Part shown: positions 50,740 through 64,000 of the stretch, one piece after another
Layout of the letters: every line of letters begins with the position of its first letter
Position numbering within the stretch: the first letter of the stretch is position 1
Assembly: GCF_963921235.1 (NCBI RefSeq)
Contig: NC_086101.1
Location: 3,598,001 to 3,662,000 of the forward strand
Direction of reading: 5' to 3'
From: Mobula hypostoma
Taxonomy: Eukaryota
Length of the DNA: 64,000 nt
Made by a program: the position numbers and the translations under genes
The notes under the pieces: generated by a model
Told to the model about the DNA's origin: nothing
Databases searched by the model: none
What the model saw: the letters and a program-made list of their open reading frames with translations, nothing else

Positions 50740-52541
50740 AATTGCTCCAGTTATTCTGCCTTCACCCTGTCGGAACGGAGTGCGCCAACAGATGCCAGGT
50801 ACACACTCGCTGCTCCCCACTGTCCAGCAGGAGTTGTGGAGAATTACTCTCCTTGTTCTCAGTGTGGGAATGTCAATACCGGGAGTAAATATAAGGTGAG
50901 AGGACGGGTTTAGAGGAGATTGATGAGGCACACAGATAATGGTCGGTGCCCGGAACGTGCTGCCAGGGGAGGTGGTGGAAGCATATGCAACAGACAGACA
51001 GACTGTCTGATATTCAGACAGACACATGAACAGACAGGGAATGGAGGGTTGTGGACCATGTACAAGCAGATGGGATGAGATTGAATTGGCACAATGTTCA
51101 GCACAGATTTGTGCGCCAAATGGCCTGTTCCTGTGTTTTATTGTTCAATGTTCTATGTTCGGCAGTTGTGGCCACAGTAGTCAACAACAACAACTGGTAT
51201 TTAGGTACAGTCGCTGTGTAAATGCAGTGAAGTGTCCCGGGCGCTTACACAGACGTGTTTCTCACTGGATACAAAAACAATGAATACAACAAACTCTGCA
51301 TACTGTTACATGCATTGGAGACAGTGGAGTGAATACAGTCAACACGGGGTACAGAGGATGCTCTACACAGAGTGCATTGGTTACCGCTCCCCTGTGTAAT
51401 CCAACAGACTGAAGAACAAAAAATTAATAGACACAAAGATCGATTTGTGTTTCATGAAAGTAAGAAACAGGACAAGAAGTGGTCATTCGTCCCCTTTCAT
51501 CTGTTCTACTCTTCACTCAGAACTTGGCTGATCATTGACCTCAGTGCCAATTTCCTGCACCATCCCATCATCGCTGTGCCCTTTAAATCCAGAAATCTTT
51601 TGTCGAGAATTCCAAAGGTACACCGCACACTGGGAGAGGAATTTTCCCTCATCTCTGTGCTGCTGAGGCGACCTCTGATTGTGAGTCTGTGACCCCTGGT
51701 TCCACAGCCCATCCAGGGGAAACATCATTCCTGCCTCTACCCTGTCAATACCCAGTGAGACTGTGTCTGTGCCAGTGAGACCACCTCTTATTCTTCTAAT
51801 TATGAGACAGTCTCAGTCAGTGTCATCTCCCTGAGGACACGACGTGAAGGGTAAAGCTTTAAAGCAAGAAGGTCAAAGTTGAACCGGGATGTTCAAGGCA
51901 TGGTTTTGGACACAATGAGTGGTATCTTCCTGGAATGCGCAGCCGGGATGGGGAGTGGTGGAAGCAGATACGAGCGTGATGTTTAACAGACATTTAAACA
52001 GGGAAATGAACAGACAGGGAATGGAGGATATGGATCATTTGCAGGCAAACGTGATGACATCATAGTCAGCATAGACAGCGTGGGTAGAATAGCCTGTTCC
52101 TGTACTCTACTGCTCTGTGTTCAGTGTTTGAAATATGACAGCCAGGGGCCCAGCAATTTCTTCCCTGGATTTCCTCCATGTCAGAGGATACACTGGGTCA
52201 GACCCTGGGATTTATTCAGCTTTATGTGTTCAAGCTGGCCAGCCTCCTGTGTAATGTCGGTATGTTTCAGGACATTCGTATTCTCCTCCCTGAATTCCCC
52301 AGCTTCCATCACCTTCTCCATAGTAAATACAGATGAGAAGTATTTGTTTCAGACCTCACCCATCTGCTGTGTCTCCACACATAGATGACCACACTGATCC
52401 TTCAAGGGACATATTCCATCACCAGTTACCCTTTTGTTTTCCACAGACTCAAAGAATTTTTTGGAATCACCTTTATCTTACCTGCTAAACCTATCTTGTG
52501 TCCCCTTTATGACCACCTGATTTCCCCCTTTTAGTGTTCTC

Positions 52542-53371
52542 TGTCACGTGACCAGCAACAAAGAATATAGAATTGAGTTGAGTCAGGTTTTATAAAAACA
52601 ATCAAACATTTATTAAACTCTGCAAATATATAAAAAAAAACAAACGAAAAATCTTAACCGGAAGTAAACTGCTTCTTAAACTGCTTCTTAAAGAAAACAC
52701 TTCTTAAAGTGGTACATTCAAACACAGTTCTTAGAATGGTAAATTCAAAAGTGCAAGAGATTTATACAGTCAATTAGGAGAGACTTTCCTGAAGTAAAGA
52801 ATTCCTCGAAGACACGATGTCACGCAATTTCCAGCCGAATCCTGCCTTGTCCGCAGGATTCATGATGACGGAAATAAAACGGTCTAAAGGCACTGACCTT
52901 TACCTCTAGATACTAGATCCTACACAGCCTTTTCTGCTACTTTTAGCAGAGGTTATCTCATGCAGATTACTCTTTCTTGAACAAATTCAATAATGGTTGA
53001 TACTTTCAACCGCTGAACGACTCCTTCAGGTTCCTGTCTTCACTCTCCAATACTACTGAAAAGATACATCAACAAACCTGGCAGCGACTGGTTAAACTGC
53101 CAGCCCAACACTGTTGTATCTTACGATAGAATGTAAAACTCCGTTCTAAATCGAAACTGCGTCATAAAGCAAATACGCAGTGGAGCGGAGTATCTGGCTA
53201 ACGTTCTAACTAGAAAACTAACTGCATTACCAGGGGTCCACACTTACATACCTGGTAAGACCAGGTCATCACGTGACCTCACATCGGAGAGAAAATTACA
53301 TCAGGTGACCTCCAAAAGACAATTACATTATCCTCATAAGACAGTCACAAGATATCCATGAGGCATATCCA
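52542..53371 (-). mobile_element. Solo LTR (830 bp) in an old CR1
   Basis: TG...CA termini with TSD TCTC (52538-52541, 53372-53375); TTTATT near the left end. Confidence 0.75.
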
Positions 53372-53744
53372 TCTCCTACACCCCTTCTCCTCCTCGAGGA
53401 CCCCAGCCTCTTTCCCCTGACACACGACTCCATCCTGACCAGAGCCTCAATGACCCCCGTCAGCCAGGGTTCCCTCATCCCTCCAGTCTCGCCATTCACT
53501 CCAACAAGGACAGGCTGATCCTGAACCTTTACAAACTCAGTTTTAAAGCCGCTCACTTGCCAGGTGTCTGTTTACTTGGGACCACCCTCCTGTTCTACAC
53601 CTCTATTCATTCCCCGACCCCTTCTATCCTCCCTCAGTTCAGTCTGTTCACTGCTCTGAACATCAGAAATAGCAGCAAGAGGAGGCTGTTCAGCCCCTCA
53701 CACCTGCTGTCCCATTGAATAAGATCAAAACCACCTCACTGTGC

Positions 53745-56742
53745 TACAGATGCAAAGGACATGGCAGAAATCCAGGTCAAAAATCAAAAAGGGCTACTTT
53801 TCAACATAATTGTATAAGGGCTAAGAGTGTTGTAAAAGCAAGCCTGAAGGTTTTGTGTGTCAATGCAAGGAGCATTCATAATAAGGTGGATGAATTAAAA
53901 GTGCAGATTGTTATTAATGAATATGATATATTTGGATCACAGAGACATGGCTCCAGGGTGACCAAGGATGGGAGCTCAACATTCAGGGATATTCAATATT
54001 CAGGAGGGATAGACACGAAAGAAAAGGAGGTGGGGTGGCGTTGCTGGTTAGAGAGGAGATTAACGTAATAGAAAGGAAGGACATTAGCTGGGAGGATGTG
54101 GAATAGATATGGGTAGAGCTGCATAACACTAAGGGGCAGAAAACGCTGGTGGAAGTTGTGTACAGGCCACCTAACAGTAGTAGTGAGGTTGGGGATGGTA
54201 TTAAATAGGAAATTAGAAATGTGTGCAATAAAGAAACAGCAGTTATAATGGGTGACTTCAATCTTCAATACAGATTGGGTGAACCAAATTGGTGAGGGTG
54301 CTGAGGAAGAGGATTTCTTGGAATGTATGCCGGATGATTTTTTGAACCAACATGTCGAGGAACCAACTAGAGAGCAGGTCATTCTAGATTGGGTATTGAG
54401 CAACGAGGTAGGGTTAATTAGCAATCTTGTCGTGAGAGGTCACTTGGGTAAGAATGACAATAATATGGTGGAATTCTTCATTAAGATGGAGAGTGACATA
54501 GTTAATTCAGAAACAAAGATTCTGAACTTAAAGAAGGGTAACTTTGTAGGTATGAGACGTGAATTAGCTAAGATAGACTGGCAAATGATACTTAAAGGGT
54601 TGACGGTGGATATGCAATGGCAAGCATTTAAAGATCGCATGGATCACTATGACAATTGTTCGTCCCAGTTTGGCAAAAGAATAAATCAAGGAAGATAGTG
54701 CACCCGTGGCTGACAAGGGAAATTAGGGATAGTATCAATTCCAAAGAAGAAACATACAAATTAGCCAGAGAAAGCGGTTCACCTGAAGACTGGGAGAAAT
54801 TCAGAGTCCAGCAGAGGAGGACAAAGGGCTTAAATAGGAAAGGGAAAAGAGATTATGAGAGAAAACTGGCAGGGAACATAAAAACTGACTGTAAAAGCTT
54901 TTATAGATATGTGAAAAGAAAAAGATTGGTTAAGACAAATGTAGGTCCCTTACAGACAGAAACAGGTGAATTGATTATGGGGAACAAGGACATGGCAGAC
55001 TAATTGAAAGACTACTTTGGTTCTGTCTTCACCAAGGAGGACATAAATAATTTTCCAGAAATAGTAGGGAACAGAGGGTCTAGTGAGATGGAGGAACTGA
55101 GGAAAATACATGTTAGTAGGGAAGTGGTGTAAGGTAAATTGAAGGGATTAAAGGCAGATAATTCCACAGGGCCAGATGGTCTGCATTCCAGAGTGCATAA
55201 GGAAGTAGCCCAAGAAATAGTGGATGCATTAGTAATAATTTTTCAAAACTCGTTAGATTCTGGACTAGTTCCTGAGGATTGGAGGGTGGCTAATGTAACA
55301 CCACTTTTTAAAAAAGGAGTCAGAGAGAAATCAGGGAATTATAGACTGGTTAGCCTCACATCGGTGGTGGGAAAACTGCTAGAATCAGTTATCAAAAATG
55401 TGATAACAGCACATTTGGAAAGTGGTGAAATCATCGGACAAAGTCAGCATGGATTTGTGAAAGGAAAATCATGTTTGACGAACCTCATAGAATTTTTTGA
55501 GGATGTAACCAGTAGAGTGGATAGGGGAGAACCAGTGGATGTGGTACATTTGGATTTTCAAAAGGCTTTTGACAAGGCCCCACACAGGAGATTATTGTGC
55601 AAACTTAAAGCACACGGTATTGGGGGTAAGGTATTGATGTGAATAGAGAATTGTTGGCAGACAGGAAGGAAAGAGGGGGAATAAAAGGGACCTTTTCAGA
55701 ATGGCAGGCAGTGACTAGTGGGGTACCGCAAGGCTCAGTGCCGGGACCCCAGTTGTTTACAATATATATTAATGGCTTAGACGAGGGAATTAAATGCAGC
55801 ACCTCCAAGTCTGCGGATGACACGAAGCTGGGCGGCAGTGTTAGCTGTGAGGAGGATGCTAAGAGGATGCAGAGTGACTTGGATAGGTTAGGTGAGTGGG
55901 CAAATTCATGGCAGATGCAATTTAATGTGGATAAATGTGAGGTTATCCACTTTGGTGGCAAAAACAGGAAAACAGATTATTATCTGAATGGTGGCTGATT
56001 AGGAAAAGGGGAGGTGCAACGAGACGTGGGTGTCATTATACACCAGTCATTGAAAGTGGGCATGCAGTTACAGCAAGCGGTGAAAAAGGCGAATGGTATG
56101 CTGGCATTCATAGCAAGAGAATTCGAGTACAGGAGCAGGGAGGTACTACTGCAGTTCTACAAGGCCTTGGTGAGACCACACCTGGAGTATTGTGTGCAGT
56201 TTTGGTCCCCTAATCTGAGAAAGACATCCTTGCCATAGAGGGGGTACAAAGAAGGTTTACCAGATTGATTCCTGGGATGGCAGCGCTTTCATATGATGAA
56301 AGACTGGATTGACTAGGCTTATAATCATTGGAATTTAGAAGATCGAGGGGGGATCTTATTGAAACATATAAAATCCTAAAGGGATCGGACAGACTAGATG
56401 CAGGAAGATTGTTCCCGCTGTTGGGGAAGTCCAGAACGAGGGGTCACACTTTGAGGATAAAGGGGAAGCCTTTTAGGACCGAGATTAGGAAAAACTTCTT
56501 CACACAGAGAGTGGTGAATCTGTGGAATTCTCTGCCACAGGGAACAGTTGAGGACAGTTCATTGGCTATATTTAAGAGGGAGTTAGGTATGGCCCTTGTG
56601 GCTAAAGGGATCAGGGGGTATGGAGGGAAGGCTGGTGCAGGGTTCTGAGTTGGATGATCAGCCATGATCATACTGAATGGCGGTGCAGGCTCAAAGGGCC
56701 GAATGGCCTACTCCTGCACCTATTTTCTACGTTTCTATGTTT
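53745..56742 (+). mobile_element. CR1 subfamily A, nearly complete ORF2, decayed
   Basis: Runs from LCVNARSI (endonuclease start) through RT ORFs 55139-55998 to a ttctacgtttctatg tail. Confidence 0.95.
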
Positions 56743-57159
56743 CGAGAAGTGGATGTGAGAGAGGAGGGGGAGTTGTGATGTTGATTCGGGAGAACATCAC
56801 CACAGCACGTAGAGAGATCCTTGTGGGGATAAAACATTTGTTTGTGATAGGAGGCAGAGGGTGGTGCCATGGTCAGTAATTTTATGGATGTGAGGTGAGA
56901 GTAGAAAACATTTAAGAAGAGCTGAAGAGAAACATTTTCCACAGGGAAGATGGAAAAAGCTGCAAGTGGATGTGAATTTGAACAGAAATCTTGCTGAAAT
57001 CATATTCACCTCATTATCAAACAATCAATCGCATTTCTTTTATGTTCTGATATATAGACTAAAATATTAATGATTTTGGATGAGAATGTGGGTGAGCTGA
57101 TCAGTAAACTTGCAGATGGTGGACAGTGAAGGTGTTTAATTATCAATTGAACATACCAT

Positions 57160-57530
57160 ATGACCATAACATATAGAAGCTCAATGGCCCACTGAGTCCG
57201 CTCTGCTATTTCAACCTGGCTGATCCAATTTTCCTCTTTGCCCCAATCTCCTGCTTTTTCCCCGTATCCCTTCATGTCCAGACTAATCAAAAATCTATCA
57301 ACCTCAGCCTTAAATATAAATAAAGACTTGATCTCCACAGCTGCCTGTGGCAAAAACATTTCACGATTCACCACCCTCTGGCTAAAGAAATGTCTCCTCA
57401 TCTCCATTCTTAAAGGACGCCCCCTACATTCTGAAGCTGTGTCTTCTGGTTTTAGACTCTCCCACCATAGGAAACATCCTCTACACATGCACTCTATCAT
57501 AACGGCCTTTCACCATTCGATAGTTTGCAA
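57160..57530 (-). mobile_element. CR1 3' end fragment
   Basis: ORF 57006-57500 reads HFFSQRVVN...FKAEVDRFL. Confidence 0.7.
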
Positions 57531-57594
57531 TGAGACTGCAGGGTGACCTTATAGAGGTGTATAAAATTGTGAGTGACACAGATGCCAAAGACTA

Positions 57595-58440
57595 TCACAA
57601 ATGGAAACATTTTAATGGGTTGCCTCACCATCTAGTACGGAGGGGTCACTGCGCAGGACTGGGAAAAGCTGCAGAAAGTTGGAAACTCACCAAGCTCCAT
57701 CATGGACATTGGTGTCCCCAGCATCGAGTATATCTTCAGCAGGTGATGCCTCAGAAAGGTGGCACCCATCATTCAGGACCCCCAGTCACCCAGGACAGAC
57801 CCCTTCTGATTGCTGTCATCACGAGGGAGGTACTGAAGCCTAAAGACACACACTCAGTGTTTTTGGAACAATATCTCCCCTTCCACCATCAGATTTCCGT
57901 ATGGACAGTGAACCCCAGCACAGTTCCTCAGCTCTTTTCTCCTTTTGCACTAGGTACTAATTTTTATTTTATATACATTTCTTCTTGTAACTTAATAGTT
58001 TATTATCATTATTATGTATTGCACTGTACAGCTGAAGATGTGTGGAGGGTGCAGAGATTTACAGGACGCTGCCTAGATTAGGGAGCACGTTTAATGAGGA
58101 AAGGTTGAGCGAGATAGATTTCACAACAGTCAAAACTGCCCAATGCGTCACGGCCATCAACGACATATATTCAGAAAGGTGCCGGAAAAGGGCCAGGAAC
58201 ATCATGAAGGAACACACACACCTTGCTCACGAACTGTTTGTCCCACTCCCCTCAGGGAGGAGGCTATGTAGCATCCACGTCAGGACAACCAGACTCAGAA
58301 ATAGTGACTTTCCCCAAGCAGAAAGGCCGAACAACACCTGCACTCACTAACCCTCCCCTGCAATCCCCCACCAGCACTACTTTATCATTTCCTGTCAGAG
58401 TCACCTTATGTACGGACACTCCTGTGCCGAGCATCATTTT
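57595..58440 (+). mobile_element. Rex1/Babar-like 3' fragments
   Basis: ORF 58042-58350 (HELFVPLPSGRRL..TTRLRNSDFPQA) plus a similar upstream fragment. Confidence 0.6.
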
Positions 58441-58979
58441 ATAGACATAGTAGTAGGTAGCCATCGATCCCAGGGGATCGCGGGTTTGCACATCTCTTGG
58501 GCTATCAACTCCAGGGCACAGGTCTGGGCGGGAAGATTTGAAGAACATGCAGCAAGTTACCCCTCTCCACGTCACTGATGTAGTCCAAGGGAAGGGCAAG
58601 CCCCGATACAGCTTGGCACCAGAGGTTGCCAGAGTGAAGTTGTAAACAACATCAAACTGCCTTCGGGACCCCGGATCCGGATTTCTTCCTCAGGGTTTGC
58701 TACCAAAGCCTTTCCCATTGGTGGGTATGGCTGCAAGGCAGTGGAGGTTTACAGTAAGTTTTCCTTCTCCACAGAGCAAAGGAGGATGAGAGCAGACTGA
58801 TAAAAGTGTGCAAGATGATAAGAGGCACAGATAGTTTGGAAAGACAGCACATTTTCCCTGGACGAAAGTGGCCAATACCAGAGGGCATCCATTTGAAGCG
58901 ACTGAAGGAAAGCTTAGGGAAGGTGTCAGAGGAAAGTTTTCAGAATTCTGAGAGTATTTGTAGAATGACACCAGATATA

Positions 58980-60950
58980 TTTTTTGAAGAACAGCTTGTG
59001 GTTGAGAGCACCGGGGAATCTGCTATTCTTAGATTGGGTGTTCTTTAATGAACTTGATTTGATTCGGGAGCTTGAGGTAAAGGAATCCTTTGGAGACTGT
59101 GATCATGATATGATATAATTCACCCTCCAATTTAAGGGGGAGAAGTGAAAGTCAGATGTATCAGTATTACAGTGGTGTAAAGACAATTGCAGAGAGGAGC
59201 TGGCCAGATTTGATTGGAAAGGTGCACAAGCAGGGATAACAGCAGATGGAGTTTCTGGGAGCAATTTGGAAGGCACAGGATAGATACATTCCAAAGAAAA
59301 AGAAGTATTCTAAAGGCAGGATGACTCAACCATGGCTGACAAGGGAAGTTAAAGCCAACTAAAAGTAAAAGAGAGGGTGTAAAACAGAGCGAGGTCAGAG
59401 AATTAGGAAAATCTCAAAACAACCAATAAAGCAACTGTAAAGTGATAAGGAGGGAAAAGATGTAATATGAAGGTATGCTAGCCAACAATTTGAAAGTGGA
59501 TACTAAACCTTTTTTTTTGGAAACAGAAGGAGTAAAAAGAGGGAAGGGTACATATTGCATCATTGGAAAATGACACTGGAGAGGTGGCAATGGGGGACAC
59601 GGAAATGGTGGATGAACTGAATCTGTATTATTCATTACTCTTCAATGTGGAAGACCCTGCGGCATGCTGGAAGTTCAAGCGTATCGGGGACAGAAGTGAG
59701 TGTAGTTGCTCTTTGTAGGGAGAAGGAGCTTGGGAAACTGAAAGGTCGGAAGGTAGATAAGTCACCTGCACCAGATGGACTAATCCCAGGATTCTGAAAG
59801 AGACAGCTGAAGAGAATGCGGAGGCATTAGCAATGATCATTCAAGATTGACTATATCTGGAATGGTTCCTGAGGACTGGAAAATTAGAAATGTCATTCCA
59901 GCCTTCAAGAAGGGAGGATGGGTAAACAAAGGAAAATATAGGTCAGTTAGTGATTCCCAACCTCAGTGGTTGGGAAGATGTTGAATTCGATTGTTAAGGA
60001 CGTGGTTTTGGAGTACTTGGAGGTGCATGATAACATAGACCAAAGTCAGCTTGGTTTTCTTCAGGGACAATCTGGACTGACAAATGATTTAGAAGTCTTT
60101 GAGGAAATATCAAGCAGGAAAGACAAAGGACAATCAGTACATGTTGTGTACATGGATTATGAGAAGGCCTTTGAAAAGGCGCTGCACGGGCTGCTTACAA
60201 GATGAGTGCCCATGGTATTACAGGAAAGATTAGCATGGAGAGAGCATAGGCTGATAAGCAGGAGGCAAAGAGTGGGAAAATAGGGAGACTTTCCTGATTG
60301 GCTGATGGCAACTAGTGGTGTTCCACAGGGGTTGGTGTTAGGATCGCTTCATTTTACGTTGTATGTCAATGATTTGAATGATAGAATTTACGGTTTTGTG
60401 GCCAAGTTTGTGGACTATACAAAGATAGGCGGAGCGGCAAGTCGTGCAGAGGAAATAAAGAGGGAGGTTGCAGAAGGTATTGGACGGATGAGAATGGGAA
60501 AGAAGTGCAAAATGAAATTCAGTGTCAAGGAGTGTCTGATCGTGCACTTTGGTGGTAGGAATAACAGCATCAACTATTTTCTAAACATGGAGAAAACTGA
60601 AAAAGTCCGAGCTGCAAAGGGACTTGGGAGTTATCATGTAGGATTCCCCAAGATTAATATGCAGGGTGAGTTGGTATTGTGAAAGGCAAATGCGATGTTG
60701 GTATTCATTTGGAGAAGAGTAAAATATGAAAACTAGAATGCACAAGACACTGGTGAGGTTTCACTTGCAGTTTTATCCACTTAATTAAGAAAGTTTTTGT
60801 TGACATCGGAAAGGGTTCCTAGGAATTTATGAGAAAGATTTCAGGAATTAAAAGTATATTCTAGGAGGAGTGAGTGATGGTTCTGGGCCTTTACCTGCTG
60901 GAATTTGAAAGAATAATCGGAGATGTCATTGACCTATTGACTGTTGAAAG
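58980..60950 (+). mobile_element. Old, heavily decayed CR1 ORF2
   Basis: ORFs 59966-60205 and 60305-60682 (SGVPQGLVLG, YVNDL, KFVDYTK). Confidence 0.8.
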
Positions 60951-61039
60951 ACGTAGGGCTCACTCGATCATGATGTGAACGAAGAGTGAGGCAGAGGGCA
61001 GGGGAGGGTCGCCGTTTTCAGACAGAAGGTGGATGTGGC

Positions 61040-61170
61040 GGTATCCTGAGGGAGAGAAGGAGAGAGGGGGAGATGCAGAGGGAGGGCTGGGGAAGGGGAG
61101 GGGGGATTGGGAGGGGGAGGGGAAGGAAGGGGGAGAGGGGAGGGGGAGGGGGAGAGGGGGGAGATGGGGC
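61040..61170. repeat. Purine/G-rich low-complexity tract
   Basis: Runs of GGG-GGGGG separated by A. Confidence 0.8.
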
Positions 61171-61299
61171 TATGCTCCCTGCTCCGGCAGTTCGGCTCTG
61201 AAGGAGGCCAGTCAGCCCCTCAGCAGCTCTGTCACTAAATAGGACAAACACCACTTCAGTGCTGATTGCGTTTGCACTGATTCCCCTCCCCCTCCAAAC

Positions 61300-62890
61300 C
61301 TCTACCCAGTCAGTTCGGATTGGCAGCAACATCTCCTCCACAATCTCCATCAGCACAGGTGCACCACAAGGCTGTGTGCTAAGAACCACCCCCCCACCCC
61401 GACCCTCCCTACACTTATGACTGTGAGGCTAATCACAGCTCTAATGCCATATTTAAGTTTGTTGCTTTTGGCCAAGTCAAAGGTGGTGAGGAATGAGCAT
61501 ATGGGAGGGAGACTGAATATCTGGCTGAGTGGTTTCACCATAACGATATTAGCAACAGGAAGGAGCTCATTGTTGATTTCAGGAGGAGGAAACAGGAGGT
61601 CCATGAGCCAGTCCTCATCAGGGAGCAAAGGTGGAGAGGGTCAGCAAGGTTAAATGCCTCAGTGTTACCATTTTAGAGGAACGTCCTGGGCCTGGCACAT
61701 ACGCGCATTATGAAGAAAGCACAGCAGTGTCTCGATTTCCAATTGTGAAGATTCAGCGTGACACCTGAAACCACGAAATCTTCTACAGAGGTGTGGCGGA
61801 GTGTATATTGAGTGGTTGCATCATGGCCTGGTATAGGAACACCAATGCACTTGAATGGAAAATGCTACAAAATCTATTGAATATGGCCCAGTCCATCACG
61901 GGTAAAGCCCTCCCCACCATCGAGCATATCCATACGGAGTGCTGTCACAGGAAAGCTACATCTATCAACAAGAACAACAATACATAGATCACACTGTCTA
62001 CTCCCCTACACTCCCCGTCAGTGTGGCTAGACACATCTATAAACTTGCTGTTGACACGACTATTGTTGGCGGAATTTCAGATGGTGACGAGGAGGAGGAC
62101 AGGAGTCAGATCGATCAGCAAGTTGAGTGGTGATGCAGCAACAACCTTGCACTCAACATCATGAAGACAAAGGAATTGATTGCGGATTCAGGAAGGGGAA
62201 GTCGAGGGAACACACACCAGTCCTCATCGTGGGATCAGAAGTGAAAAGGGTGAGCAGTTTCCATTTCCTGCCTGTCAACATCTCTGAGGAACTATCCTGG
62301 GCCCAACATATTGATGCAGTTACAATGAAAGCACAACATCGGCTATATTTCATTCGGAGATTGAGGGGAATCGGCCTGTCACTGAAGACACTTGCAAATT
62401 TCTACAGATGTACTGTGGAGAGCATTCTAACTGGTTGCATCACTGCCTGGTGTGGAGAGGCCAATGTACGGTATCAGAAAACGCTGCAGAGAGTTATAAA
62501 CTCAGCCAGCTCCATCATGGACACTAGACTCCCCAGCATCCAGGACACATTCAACAGATGATGACACAAAAAGTTGACATCCATCATCAAGATCCCCATC
62601 TGCCAGGACATGCCTTCTTCTCATTGATACCATCGAGGACAAGGTATATGAGCCTGAAGACACACTCAACATTTCAGGAACAGCTTCTTCCACTCCACCA
62701 TCAGACTTCTGAATGGACAATGAACCCATGAACACTTCCTCAGTATTTTCCCCTCTCTTTTTGCATCACTTTTTAAATGTATTTTAATTTATACTCATTG
62801 TAATTTATAGTTTTTATTACCATGTATTGCTGCCACAAAACAACAACATTTCACCACATATGCCGGTGATACTAAACCTGATTCTGATAC
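61300..62890 (+). mobile_element. Two Rex1/Babar-like RT/3' fragments
   Basis: GAPQGCVL at ~61360; ORF 62127-62561 (KAQHRLYFIRRL, FYRCTVESILTGCITAW); tail aaacctgattctgat. Confidence 0.8.
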
Positions 62891-62976
62891 ACAAACACAC
62901 ACAGCTGGGCTCAGACATACAACACTCCCACATACCTCCCTTTGTGACTCCTGTTTGCTACATGGTCCTTGGTATG

Positions 62977-63430
62977 AAGCTCTAAAAATTTATACCTATG
63001 CGGCAAATCGACGCCGTAACCTACGCAAATGGCCTACGTGAATCGTGAGTATTTATACTTGTGCGTTGGTGTGTTTGCATCGCTCTGCAAATTCGCGCAA
63101 GTCACGCATGCGCACACACATGCCCGTGCAAAGCTTCATGGTCATGGTAGTCTTTCGCGGGGTAAACAAGTTTAAAGCGAGCGTCTTTTTTCGTAAAAGC
63201 GAAATGTGTCCTCCATAATTTCGGAGGTCTGTAAAGGTTTATGGAAAGCATTGCAGCCAGAGTTCCTTCCCTGCCCTTCAGTCGCCCAATGGGAAACTAC
63301 TGCAGCGCAGGAGGAAATGCCATGCTACCAAGCGGACCAGTCACAGCTGTTGCGGTCTGCGGTGCCGCGACGCGCAGCTACATTTTGCAACACCTGCCCT
63401 TTCAATTACGGCTCGGCGAGTTGTATCTGT
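62977..63430 (+). mobile_element. PIF/Harbinger-like non-autonomous element with a transposase remnant
   Basis: [29 protein letters not shown] (63206-63295) resembles the HARBI1-type transposase region after the HTH; CpG-rich. Ends not defined. Confidence 0.55.
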
Positions 63431-64000
63431 TCACTATTTGAGTTCTATATTAAACAGACAGCACTGACTGGGAAGGAGGGTTTGAATACAAGAATACAGA
63501 TCTCCTCTGAAGTTATTTGGGGTCCTGGTGAGAGTGGACATGGAACGCTGCGCACAGGTCTGATCTCCCTCCGAGAGTCAGCCTGTGGGATGAAGGGAAT
63601 GAAAAGTTTTCCCCGATTAATTTAGGGGGTGAGTTCGTGTCCTCAAAGAGATTGTACTGACTGGGACTGTCTCAGAATTAGAGAAATGAGTAGTGGCGTC
63701 ACTGGCACAGACACAGTCTCACAGAATATTGACAGATTAGAGGCAGGAGTGATGTTCCCCCTGTGGGTGTGGAACTAGGGGTCAGAGACTCAAAATAAGA
63801 GATCACCTCAGCAGGACTGAGATGAAGAGAAATTGTCTCACCTTGAGTGCGATGAATCCTTAGAAGTTTCTCCATGAGGTTTCTAAATTCAAAAGGTAAA
63901 TTCAGGGGCTCAGCGAGGATGGGAAGTTTGGAGGAAAGAGGCACTGAGGTCAAAGATCAGCCATGCTCTGAGTGAAGGGCTGAGCTATCGCAAGGGGCCG

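Noticed and set aside
50330..50880. Possible minus-strand exon ending at a GTGAGT donor (~50677)
   Set aside because: All frames hit stops close to the donor and no domain is recognisable.

Overview
Eukaryotic (vertebrate) genomic DNA dominated by transposable elements. It most likely comes from a cartilaginous fish such as a ray; this is inferred from the repeat content and the style of the TRIM gene. The only host gene is a six-exon TRIM/RBCC-B30.2 gene on the + strand (17348-35463: RING, B-box, coiled coil, PRY-SPRY). Its upstream exons carry four disabling lesions, while the CpG-rich B30.2 exon is fully intact, and an IRF/ISRE motif lies just upstream of the ATG. The rest is layered retroelements: many CR1 LINEs (two young subfamilies, here called A and B), Rex1/Babar-like LINEs, and Penelope-like elements (PLEs) whose terminal repeats contain minimal hammerhead-ribozyme motifs. 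There are also at least five solo LTRs, tRNA-derived SINEs, a hAT deletion derivative and a Harbinger fragment. There are no prokaryotic genes, CRISPR arrays, rRNA or true tRNA genes. TE boundaries without target-site duplication (TSD) support are approximate.
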